From assembly GCA_041562295.1 (NCBI GenBank), contig JBFEYF010000001.1, positions 1 to 31,594 on the forward strand: a stretch of 31,594 nt of DNA, written 5' to 3'. The position numbers and the translations under genes were made by a program. The notes below the pieces were generated by a model. That model had not been told where the DNA came from. It did no database searches and saw nothing but the letters and a program-made list of their open reading frames with translations. This stretch comes from Sulfurimonadaceae bacterium (lineage in GTDB: Bacteria > Campylobacterota > Campylobacteria > Campylobacterales > Sulfurimonadaceae). Below are positions 18,097 through 26,394 of the stretch, in pieces (position 1 is the first letter of the stretch; each line of letters starts with the position of its first letter).

Positions 18097-20565
18097 ATGC
18101 GTATCGTGATAGTGGGTGGCGGAATCGCTGCGGTCTATATAGCCAACAAGTTGCTTGAGCTCAATCCTCAAGTCGATGTTCTGATCGTCTCAAAAGAGCC
18201 CTACTACCCTTATGACAGGATCCATCTTTGCTCCCTGGTCGACCACTCCTGCAGGGTCGATGACATCTATTTGGAACTTAATGATAAAGTCCAAGTCGAG
18301 CTTAACCAGGAGATCATCTCTATCGAGACACAAAGCAGATGTGTCCGCTCCGAAAAACAGTGTTACGACTATGACTACCTTATCGTTGCCACCGGTTCAA
18401 AACCCAAAGAGCTTTTCGACATCGCCCATATAGAAAATGCTACGACCTTCCGAAGCGCCAATGACTCATTCCGTATCGCCGAAGGGATCAAGGGTAAGAA
18501 TGTCGTCATCATGGGTGTAGGCCCTATCGGTATCGAGCTTTTAGACACCTTGATGAAGATGAAAGATGCCAAGACGATACGGTTGATTTCACGCGGCGAG
18601 CACCTCTACTCCAAAGACCTGAACCCTGACTCCGTCAAGATGATCCAAAAGATCTTTGAAGCCGATCCCCGTATCACTATCTCATTTAACGATGCCGTCA
18701 CCGATGCCACCACGCAAGGAAACCGCTACACCCAGCTGATGACAAAAAAAGGTCCCATTGATGATCCTTTTCTGATTTTCGGTGTCGGTATAGACCCCAA
18801 TGTCGATTTTGCCAAAGGGGCCGTCGATATCAACCGCGGGATTTTGGTCAACGATATCATGCAATCTTCCGATCCCCGTATCTTTGCCGTCGGAGAAGCT
18901 GCAGAACTGCAAGAGGGCGGTTTTGTTGCCGGACGTGTCAAAGAGTGTACGCTCCAAGCCGATGTCGCCATTGCCAATATCCTGGGTATCGAGCCTTTTG
19001 AGTTTGAGCAGCAGATCGCCATCGACGGGCTTAAAGTCGGCTCTTTTCTCTTTACCGACGTATCTTCTCCTGAGTATGACCCCAAAGATGAAGATAATGA
19101 GAATATCATCATCTCATCCAAAAAAGAGGAGCGTATCGATCAGTACATACTGAAAAACGACAAACTGATGCGCTTTATCGGTATCAATACCAACATTGAC
19201 GTCATGCAGCTTAAACGCCTGATCGAAAACGACCAGTCCGTTGATGCCTCCTTTTTATATGCCAACCGTCTCCAAAGTGAACGCGGCAGGCTGGTCTGCA
19301 GCTGTGCATCGACCTACGAGCTCGATATCATCGAAACAGTCAAAGAGAATGCCATCACGGAGTTTGGCGAGCTAAAACCTTTTTGCGAAGCGGGACGTGT
19401 CTGCGGGCGCTGTAAGAAAGATGTCGTCGACCTGATTGCCGCAACGCCGGTCGATCCCGAAGAGGCAGCAAGAATCAGGGCCGAAAAAGAGCGTCTCAAA
19501 GAGGAAGCGCGTCTGGCCAAAGTCAAAAAACGTATTGACAAGTTCAATGCGCTGCATCCCAAAAACCAGATCGATGCCGGTAACCTCAAAGAGGCAATGG
19601 ACTCTTTTGACATGAGTCACGAGTTTAACCGCTGGGTCTCTATGATCACAGCATCCATGCGTCTGCATCCAGAGTATGAAGGTATCGTCAAAGAGAGTGT
19701 CCAGCAACTGAACAAGATCCCTATCATCTGGCTGGAACTTTCCGACTGTACCGGAAACTCCGAAGCCTTTATCAAGACTGCCCACCCCAAAGTCGATGAC
19801 CTGATCCTTAAATATATCTCATTGGATTATCATGAACTGCTGATGGCGGGATCCGGAGACCAATCCGAATCAGCCCTGGATGACGTGATCAAAAATGACA
19901 AGGGCAACTATATCCTGATCGTCGAAGGGGCCGTACCGTTGGCTATGGATGGCAAGTTTTTACGTATCGGACCCAAGGGAGAGACCGGACTGGAACTGCT
20001 AAAACGTGTCGCCAAAGATGCCGCGGCGATCCTTTCGGTGGGTTCTTGCGCCTTTGACGGAGGTGTCGTAGCGATCGAACCCAATCCTACGGGAGCCGTC
20101 GGTGTGGCCGAAGCATTGGGCCGCAACGATATCATCAACCTTCCTGGATGCCCGACCAACCCGATCAATATCGTAGGAACCCTGCTGCACTACATCATGT
20201 TTGAAGAGCTACCCGAACTGGATGAGCGCAACCGTCCGCTTTGGGCCTACTCTCAGCGAATACACGACAACTGTGAAAGACGCGGTCATTATGACCTGGA
20301 TGAGTTCGTCTTGGAGTGGGGAGACGAAGGGGCCAAGCAGGGATGGTGTCTGTTCAAGATGGGATGTAAGGGTCCCTATGCCGATCTTAACTGTTCACTG
20401 GTTAAGTTCAATGAGGGAACGAGCTGGCCGGTACAGGTAGGTCACGGCTGTTTCGGATGCGGACAGGGCAAAATCGCCTTTGAGCACCTGGCCAATAACC
20501 GGGAAGTAACCGATGAAGTCAAAACACTGCTGGAAGATGAAAAGGGAGAGACTCATGGCAAATAA
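18097..20565 (+). CDS. Fusion protein: NirB-like FAD/NAD(P)H oxidoreductase + BFD-like [2Fe-2S] + [NiFe]-hydrogenase small subunit
   Basis: GGGIAA, YDRIHL, ATGS, GVGPIGIE and FAVGE (pyridine nucleotide-disulphide oxidoreductase fold). C401-S-C403...C436-G-R-C439. Then IWLELSDCTGN, GSCAFDGG, PGCP, HDNC..CLFKMGC and NC..WP..GHGCFGC. Confidence 0.9.
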   Translation: MRIVIVGGGIAAVYIANKLLELNPQVDVLIVSKEPYYPYDRIHLCSLVDHSCRVDDIYLELNDKVQVELNQEIISIETQSRCVRSEKQCYDYDYLIVATGSKPKELFDIAHIENATTFRSANDSFRIAEGIKGKNVVIMGVGPIGIELLDTLMKMKDAKTIRLISRGEHLYSKDLNPDSVKMIQKIFEADPRITISFNDAVTDATTQGNRYTQLMTKKGPIDDPFLIFGVGIDPNVDFAKGAVDINRGILVNDIMQSSDPRIFAVGEAAELQEGGFVAGRVKECTLQADVAIANILGIEPFEFEQQIAIDGLKVGSFLFTDVSSPEYDPKDEDNENIIISSKKEERIDQYILKNDKLMRFIGINTNIDVMQLKRLIENDQSVDASFLYANRLQSERGRLVCSCASTYELDIIETVKENAITEFGELKPFCEAGRVCGRCKKDVVDLIAATPVDPEEAARIRAEKERLKEEARLAKVKKRIDKFNALHPKNQIDAGNLKEAMDSFDMSHEFNRWVSMITASMRLHPEYEGIVKESVQQLNKIPIIWLELSDCTGNSEAFIKTAHPKVDDLILKYISLDYHELLMAGSGDQSESALDDVIKNDKGNYILIVEGAVPLAMDGKFLRIGPKGETGLELLKRVAKDAAAILSVGSCAFDGGVVAIEPNPTGAVGVAEALGRNDIINLPGCPTNPINIVGTLLHYIMFEELPELDERNRPLWAYSQRIHDNCERRGHYDLDEFVLEWGDEGAKQGWCLFKMGCKGPYADLNCSLVKFNEGTSWPVQVGHGCFGCGQGKIAFEHLANNREVTDEVKTLLEDEKGETHGK

Positions 20566-22249
20566 GAAGATCGTAATTGATCCTATCACCAGGATCGAAG
20601 GGCATCTACGTGTCGAAGTGGAAGTGGATGAGAACAATATCGTAACCGAAGCGTGGGCCTCGGGGCAGCTCTTTCGCGGTATCGAAACGATTCTCAAAGG
20701 GCGTGACCCCCGAGATGCGGGGCTTATCGCCCAGCGTATCTGCGGTGTCTGTACCAATGTCCACTACCGTGCCTCTATCTCAGCCGTAGAGGATGCCTAT
20801 GATATTTCCCTTCCGCCCAATGCCGAGATCATCCGTAACATGGTCACCCTCGCCCTTTTTATGCAAGACCATATCGTTCACTACTACCACCTGCACTCTC
20901 TGGATTATGTCGATGTGGTATCGGCTTTGGAAGCGGATCCCGGAGCCGCATCGGAGCATGCATTGCAGTTTCATGAACACCCCTACCGTAACTCGACAGG
21001 TCACTTAAGCGCCGTCAAAGAGAAACTCGCCTCTTTTGTCAAAGCGGGACGCCTGGGGCTCTTTGCCAACGGCTACTGGGGTCATGCCACCTATAAGCTT
21101 TCGCCCGAAGAGAACCTCATCCATATGAACCACTACCTTGAGGCGCTTCGCATACAGCGGGAGCTCTCTAAAGCGATCGCCATCTTCGCAGGGAAAACAC
21201 CTCATCCCCAAAATCTTGTTGTGGGAGGTGTGACCAGCGTTATGGATATGCTCAACCCCCAAAGGCTCAATGATTTCATGTTTATCATCAAAGAGTCCCG
21301 GGAGTTTATCGAAAGAGCCTATATCCCGGATATGAAGATGATCGTCAAGGCCTACGGTGAGGAGATCAAGGCGGGTTACGGACGCGGCAGCGGGAACTTC
21401 CTGGCATGTGGGGGCTACCGGTTTGGCAAACAGGATCAGCTCTTTACAGACGGCGTCGTCACGGAGCACGATTTCACCAATATCGCACCCTTTGATGACA
21501 CCAAGATCACCGAAGAGGCCTCCCGTTCCTGGTATAAGGAGGATGCACCGTTATCGCCTTACGAGGGGGACTCCACCCCGGAGTATACCGATCTCAATCC
21601 TGACGGGACACTTAAAACCGAAGGCAAATATTCCTGGGTCAAAGCACCCCGTTATGAAGGCAAACCCATGGAGGTAGGTCCTTTGGCACGTATGGTTATA
21701 GGCTATGCCAAAGAGTCTAAGATCATCAAACCCTATATGCAAAACTTTATGGATGCTACGGGGATGTCACTGTTAGACTTCTCTACATCCATCGGGCGTA
21801 ATGCGGCCCGAGCTGTCGAAGCCCAGGTGTGCGGTGACTATATCTTTGACTTCGTCAGTGACCTGATCGAAAACATCAAATATTATGATGAAGAGACCTG
21901 GACCAAGTACACTTTCGAAGAGCTGCCTAAAGAGGCTAAAGGACGCGGTATCTTTGAAGTACCGCGTGGCGTACTTTCGCACTTTGTCCGTATCGAAGAT
22001 GCCAAGATCGCCAACTACCAGGCTGTTGTACCGACAACGTGGAACGCTTCGCCTAAAGATGCCGACGGCGTCAGAGGCCCCTATGAAGCTTCGATCATCG
22101 GTATCAAGCTGGAAGATCCCAGCCAGCCGCTGGAGGTACTGCGGGTCGTACACTCTTTTGACCCCTGTCTGGCCTGTGCCGTGCATGTCATCGACCCTCA
22201 GGGTAAAGAGCTTTCGCAATATAAGATCCCAAGCAGCTGTTCGGTGTAG
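20555..22249 (+). CDS. [NiFe]-hydrogenase large subunit, group 1-type
   Basis: DPITRIEGHL, L1 QRICGVCT, KTPHPQN, EVPRG, L2 SFDPCLACAVH followed by a 20-aa extension. Start at MANKK (20555) after GGGAGA. Confidence 0.95.
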   Translation: MANKKIVIDPITRIEGHLRVEVEVDENNIVTEAWASGQLFRGIETILKGRDPRDAGLIAQRICGVCTNVHYRASISAVEDAYDISLPPNAEIIRNMVTLALFMQDHIVHYYHLHSLDYVDVVSALEADPGAASEHALQFHEHPYRNSTGHLSAVKEKLASFVKAGRLGLFANGYWGHATYKLSPEENLIHMNHYLEALRIQRELSKAIAIFAGKTPHPQNLVVGGVTSVMDMLNPQRLNDFMFIIKESREFIERAYIPDMKMIVKAYGEEIKAGYGRGSGNFLACGGYRFGKQDQLFTDGVVTEHDFTNIAPFDDTKITEEASRSWYKEDAPLSPYEGDSTPEYTDLNPDGTLKTEGKYSWVKAPRYEGKPMEVGPLARMVIGYAKESKIIKPYMQNFMDATGMSLLDFSTSIGRNAARAVEAQVCGDYIFDFVSDLIENIKYYDEETWTKYTFEELPKEAKGRGIFEVPRGVLSHFVRIEDAKIANYQAVVPTTWNASPKDADGVRGPYEASIIGIKLEDPSQPLEVLRVVHSFDPCLACAVHVIDPQGKELSQYKIPSSCSV

Positions 22250-22900
22250 ATGATGGAGAGTTCTCTTTTGCTTCTATTTTGGTACGGGGTGCTGCATGCA
22301 TTCGGCCCCGACCACTTAACGGTCATCGCCAACTTCTCTATCGGCCAGGAGCTTAAAAAAGCCCTCTTTGTCGTCATCGGGTTTGCCCTGGGTCACGGGA
22401 TGATGCTCTTTATCTTCGCATCCGTTCTTTCACAAAGCGACCTGCCCTTCTGGCTTTTAGCCTATGCCGATACGATCGCGGCCCTTATTATTCTGATGAT
22501 GGGACTTTATCTGCTTTATAAGCTCTACAGCGGTTCGATCCTGTTAAAACGCCACAAACATGGAGAGACGGAACATACCCATATCACCTTCGACACTTCC
22601 CACAAACATGATAAAGCCCCCTCCCGTATCGGGATGGTCGTCTTTCTCGGCAGCCTGATGGGTATCGGGGGACTGCGCGGCATGCTTATCACCCTGGGGG
22701 CTCTTTCGCAGACAGCGGTAACACCTTGGATGGTTTTACTCTTTATTTTCGGTGTCATGACTGTTTTTTTGACTTTTGGTCTTATAATACTTTATATCAA
22801 TAAAAGCGTACTGCATTCCCAGCGCCACGTCGAACAGGGCTTTAAAGCTGCCGGTTTTACCTCGATCGGTGTAGCTGTGTATATGCTAAGCGCCTCCTAA
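22250..22900 (+). CDS. Nickel/cobalt transporter (UreH/NiCoT/RcnA-like)
   Basis: HAFGPDH TM motif, GFALGHG second motif, His-rich loop HKHGETEHTH..HKH, about 6 TM helices. Sits inside the hydrogenase operon. Confidence 0.75.
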   Translation: MMESSLLLLFWYGVLHAFGPDHLTVIANFSIGQELKKALFVVIGFALGHGMMLFIFASVLSQSDLPFWLLAYADTIAALIILMMGLYLLYKLYSGSILLKRHKHGETEHTHITFDTSHKHDKAPSRIGMVVFLGSLMGIGGLRGMLITLGALSQTAVTPWMVLLFIFGVMTVFLTFGLIILYINKSVLHSQRHVEQGFKAAGFTSIGVAVYMLSAS

Positions 22901-22915
22901 TTGAAGGAAACTCAT

Positions 22916-23683
22916 ATGTGTCAAGATTGCGGATGTTCGATTACTACGGATGCGTCAACCCACCATCACCACCATGAGCATGAGCATGATCACAATCAGA
23001 CCACGATCCATGCCAACCCCCAGCTTAATGATAAAAAGACGATCGATGTGATCACGAAGATCCTGGATAAGAATGACCATGAAGCGGCTCATAACCGCGA
23101 ACATTTCGAACGGCATAACATCTTGGCTCTTAACCTGATGAGCAGCCCGGGCAGCGGCAAAACGACCCTGTTGGAGCGTACCGCAGAACTTGGCGGGTTG
23201 AACTTTTGTGTCATCGAGGGGGATCTTGAGACCAACAAAGATGCCGAACGTCTGCAGGCCAAAGGGGTACAGGCCCACCAGATCACGACGGGTACGGCCT
23301 GTCATCTGGATGCCTTTATGGTCCACAAGGGTCTGCACCATATGGACCTGGATAAAGCCGATGTCTGTTTTGTCGAAAATGTCGGCAACCTCGTCTGCCC
23401 CGCCAGCTATGATGTGGGAACGCACCTCAACATCGTTTTACTCTCTGTCCCCGAAGGTGACGACAAGGTAGCCAAATACCCCGTCATGTTTCAAAAAGCG
23501 GATCTGCTGCTGATTACCAAATCTGACCTGCTGCCCCACTTTGAGTTCAGCATCGAAACGGTGAAAAAAGAGGCCAGAAAACTTAACCCGAAAGTCGATA
23601 TTTTGCAGATCAGCTCAAAAGATGACACCTCCATACAAAAATGGATCGACTATATCAACTTCAAAAAGAGCATGAGAGACTGA
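22916..23683 (+). CDS. hypB: Hydrogenase nickel incorporation GTPase HypB
   Basis: N-terminal MCQDCGC, His-rich tract, SSPGSGKTT, IEGD, CHLDA, ENVGNLVCPA, EGDDK..KYP, TKSD. Confidence 0.97.
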   Translation: MCQDCGCSITTDASTHHHHHEHEHDHNQTTIHANPQLNDKKTIDVITKILDKNDHEAAHNREHFERHNILALNLMSSPGSGKTTLLERTAELGGLNFCVIEGDLETNKDAERLQAKGVQAHQITTGTACHLDAFMVHKGLHHMDLDKADVCFVENVGNLVCPASYDVGTHLNIVLLSVPEGDDKVAKYPVMFQKADLLLITKSDLLPHFEFSIETVKKEARKLNPKVDILQISSKDDTSIQKWIDYINFKKSMRD

Positions 23684-23684
23684 T

Positions 23685-23924
23685 ATGTGTCTATCTATCC
23701 CTTCCAAAGTCGTCGCAATTGACAAAGAGACTAACTCCGCAACGGTAGAGACGATGGGGGTCACGCGTACGACCAGTCTCGACCTGATCGATGAAGAGGT
23801 AACCCTCGGAGACTACCTGCTTATCCATGTCGGTTTTGCTATGAACAAGATCGATGAAACCGATGCCCTGGAGACGATCAAAGTCTATGAAGAGATCTTA
23901 TCCGCGATGGATGAGGGCTCATGA
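23685..23924 (+). CDS. hypC: Hydrogenase assembly chaperone HypC
   Basis: MCLSIPSKV...GDYLLIHVGFAM. Confidence 0.96.
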   Translation: MCLSIPSKVVAIDKETNSATVETMGVTRTTSLDLIDEEVTLGDYLLIHVGFAMNKIDETDALETIKVYEEILSAMDEGS

Positions 23925-25045
23925 GTCACAAAAGTGATTTTGATCTCTTTACCGCCTTTAGAGATCCTAAGATTATCCAAAACCTCAAAGAGCAGATAGA
24001 GCAGGAGGCCTCGAAACTCTCTAAAGAGTTACATATCATGGAGGTATGCGGCGGGCATACGCATACGATCATGAAATACGGTCTCAACCAGCTGCTTCCT
24101 CCCAATATCTCATTTATCCACGGTCCCGGATGTCCCGTTTGTGTCATGCCCAAAGAGCGCGTCGATCAGGCACAGGCACTGGCCGAACATGAGAATGTTA
24201 TTTTGGTGACGCTGGGAGATATGCTCAAAGTCCCCGGTTCCAAAGGCTCTTTGCAGTTAAGCCGCTCCAAAGGAGCCGATGTCCGTTTCGTCTACTCTCC
24301 CATGGATACGATCAAGATCGCTTTGGAAAACCGTGATAAAAAAGTGATCTTCTTTGCCATAGGCTTTGAGACGACGACGCCGATGACTGCGGCACTTATC
24401 AGGCATGTTATCGAGCAGGATATTCCCAACCTGCTCTTTCACATCAACCACATCACTGTCCCCGAACCGATGCAGGTACTCTTGGATGATCCCGCTTCCA
24501 AGATCGATGCCTTTATCGGTCCGGCCCATGTAAGTGTCATCTCCGGCGCCAAGATCTATGAGCCTTTTGTGACCGATTATCACAGGCCTGTCGTCGTATC
24601 GGGCTTTGAACCGGTTGACGTTATGGCATCACTCTTGATGATCTTGAAACAGGTCAGCGGCAACCGTTGCGAATTGCAGATCCAGTACTCGCGAAGCGTT
24701 GATTATGACGGCAATCTGACGGCACAAAAACTGATCGACACCTATATGCAAAAAAGAGAGCACTTCAGATGGCGTGGACTGGGTGATATCCCCCACTCTG
24801 CCCTGCAGCTTCGGGCAGAGTTTGCCCACCTGGATGCCGAAAAGATCTATGCTGACATCCTACCCACGCAGACGATCGATGATCACAAGCTCTGTATCTG
24901 CGGTTCGATCCTCAAAGGCCAGGCCAAACCGCATGAGTGCCGGGTATTTGGTACCGCCTGTACCCCGTCTACACCGCTTGGCAGCTGCATGGTCTCCTCT
25001 GAAGGTGCCTGTGCCGCCTATTTCAAATTTGGACAGCATCTATGA
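23921..25045 (+). CDS. hypD: Hydrogenase maturation protein HypD
   Basis: MEVCGGHTH, GPGCPVC, GFETT, GFEP and C-terminal CICG..C..FG..CTP..PLGSCMVSSEGACAAY. Confidence 0.97.
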   Translation: MSHKSDFDLFTAFRDPKIIQNLKEQIEQEASKLSKELHIMEVCGGHTHTIMKYGLNQLLPPNISFIHGPGCPVCVMPKERVDQAQALAEHENVILVTLGDMLKVPGSKGSLQLSRSKGADVRFVYSPMDTIKIALENRDKKVIFFAIGFETTTPMTAALIRHVIEQDIPNLLFHINHITVPEPMQVLLDDPASKIDAFIGPAHVSVISGAKIYEPFVTDYHRPVVVSGFEPVDVMASLLMILKQVSGNRCELQIQYSRSVDYDGNLTAQKLIDTYMQKREHFRWRGLGDIPHSALQLRAEFAHLDAEKIYADILPTQTIDDHKLCICGSILKGQAKPHECRVFGTACTPSTPLGSCMVSSEGACAAYFKFGQHL

Positions 25046-26037
25046 ACCCCATCCTTTTAGCCCAGGGCAACGGCGGAAACGAAAACCGCGACCTGATTGA
25101 GAACCTCTTTTACAAACATCTGGGCAACGAGACCCTGCTAAAAAGTGAAGATGCCGCCGTGATCGAAGCGGGCAGACTCGCCTTTACTACCGACAGTTTC
25201 ACCGTCTCTCCGCTTATCTTTGCTGGCGGTGATATCGGGAAGCTCTCGATCTGCGGTACCTGTAACGATCTGGCCATGATGGGGGCACAGCCTAAGTATC
25301 TGAGTCTGGCCATGATGATCGAAGAGGGGCTGGAGCATGAGCTGTTGGAATCGATCACCCGTTCGATGGCCAAGGAGCTTGAAAAAAACGGGGCTCAGGT
25401 CGTCACAGGCGATACCAAGGTCGTTCCCAAAGGGAGTGTCGACAAACTTTTTATTACGACGACAGGTATCGGGGAGATCGTACAAAACGGTATCTCCTCA
25501 CAGGGCTTGACCCCGGGAGATGCCATCATCGTCTCGGGATCTATCGGTCGCCACGGTGCGGCGATCTTTGCGGCCCGTGAAGGTATCGAGCTTCAAAGCA
25601 GACTCACCAGTGATGCCGCATCCCTGTGGCCTTTGGTTGATGCTCTTTTGCAGGGGGGCATCAAACCTGTAGCGATGCGGGATGCGACACGGGGCGGATT
25701 GGCCGCGGTACTCAATGAGTGGGCACAACAGTCTCAGGTAGGTATCGCCGTCGAAGAGAGTGAAGTACCGGTTTCCAAAGAGGTCCAGGGGATCTGTGAA
25801 CTTCTGGGATTTGAAGCGTACAATCTGGCCAATGAAGGTACCTTTGTCTTAGCATTGAAAAAAGATCAGGTACCGGATGCGCTGGATATCCTGCAGCGTT
25901 TTGAGTGTGCTGCAGATGCCGCCTATATCGGAGAGGTCACCCGAGAGCATCGCGGACGGGTCATCCTCGAAAGCGCCTGGAAGACCCAGAGGTTTTTAGA
26001 GATGCCTTCAGGTGAACTTCTTCCGCGTATCTGTTAG
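25042..26037 (+). CDS. hypE: Carbamoyl dehydratase HypE
   Basis: FTTDSFTVSP, GGDIGKL..CGTCNDLAM, VTGDTKVV, MRDATRGGL and C-terminal GELLPRIC. Confidence 0.97.
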   Translation: MNPILLAQGNGGNENRDLIENLFYKHLGNETLLKSEDAAVIEAGRLAFTTDSFTVSPLIFAGGDIGKLSICGTCNDLAMMGAQPKYLSLAMMIEEGLEHELLESITRSMAKELEKNGAQVVTGDTKVVPKGSVDKLFITTTGIGEIVQNGISSQGLTPGDAIIVSGSIGRHGAAIFAAREGIELQSRLTSDAASLWPLVDALLQGGIKPVAMRDATRGGLAAVLNEWAQQSQVGIAVEESEVPVSKEVQGICELLGFEAYNLANEGTFVLALKKDQVPDALDILQRFECAADAAYIGEVTREHRGRVILESAWKTQRFLEMPSGELLPRIC

Positions 26038-26045
26038 GGTCTGTC

Positions 26046-26387
26046 ATGCATGAATTTTCGATCGTTCAGGCTTTACTTGACCAGTGTGAAGAGCACGCCC
26101 AAGTCAACGATGCCAGCAAGATCACCAAAGTCTCTATCAAGGTCGGGGTCATGAGTGGGGTCGAACCCGATCTGTTGACAACAGCCTTTGAGACCTTTAA
26201 AGAGGGTACGGTCTGCAATGATGCCCTGCTTGATATGAAGATTCAGGAGGTACTGCTGTTATGCCGTTCCTGCGCTCAAACGGCCCCGTTACAAAAAGGA
26301 GACTACCGCTGTGCACTTTGCGGCAGTGAAGAGATCTCGATTGCCGACGGTCAGGATATGATGCTTATGCAACTTGAGATGGAATAA
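26046..26387 (+). CDS. hypA: Nickel metallochaperone HypA
   Basis: MHEFSIV N-terminus; CRSC and CALC zinc-binding motifs. Confidence 0.96.
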   Translation: MHEFSIVQALLDQCEEHAQVNDASKITKVSIKVGVMSGVEPDLLTTAFETFKEGTVCNDALLDMKIQEVLLLCRSCAQTAPLQKGDYRCALCGSEEISIADGQDMMLMQLEME

Positions 26388-26394
26388 AATGAGG

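Noticed and set aside
18097-19450. Calling the fusion N-terminus a nitrite reductase (nirB)
   Set aside because: No siroheme/[4Fe-4S] NIR_SIR domains follow; the frame continues into a hydrogenase small subunit.
19590-19614. Internal start (M501 or M506) producing a separate small subunit
   Set aside because: AGAGG is only 2 nt from M501 and M506 has only a weak GGA; no stop separates the domains. Not fully excluded.
19741-20060. O2-tolerant six-Cys proximal cluster
   Set aside because: The supernumerary cysteines are absent (CTGN, GSCAFDGG), and the large subunit has QRICGVC rather than ERICGVC.
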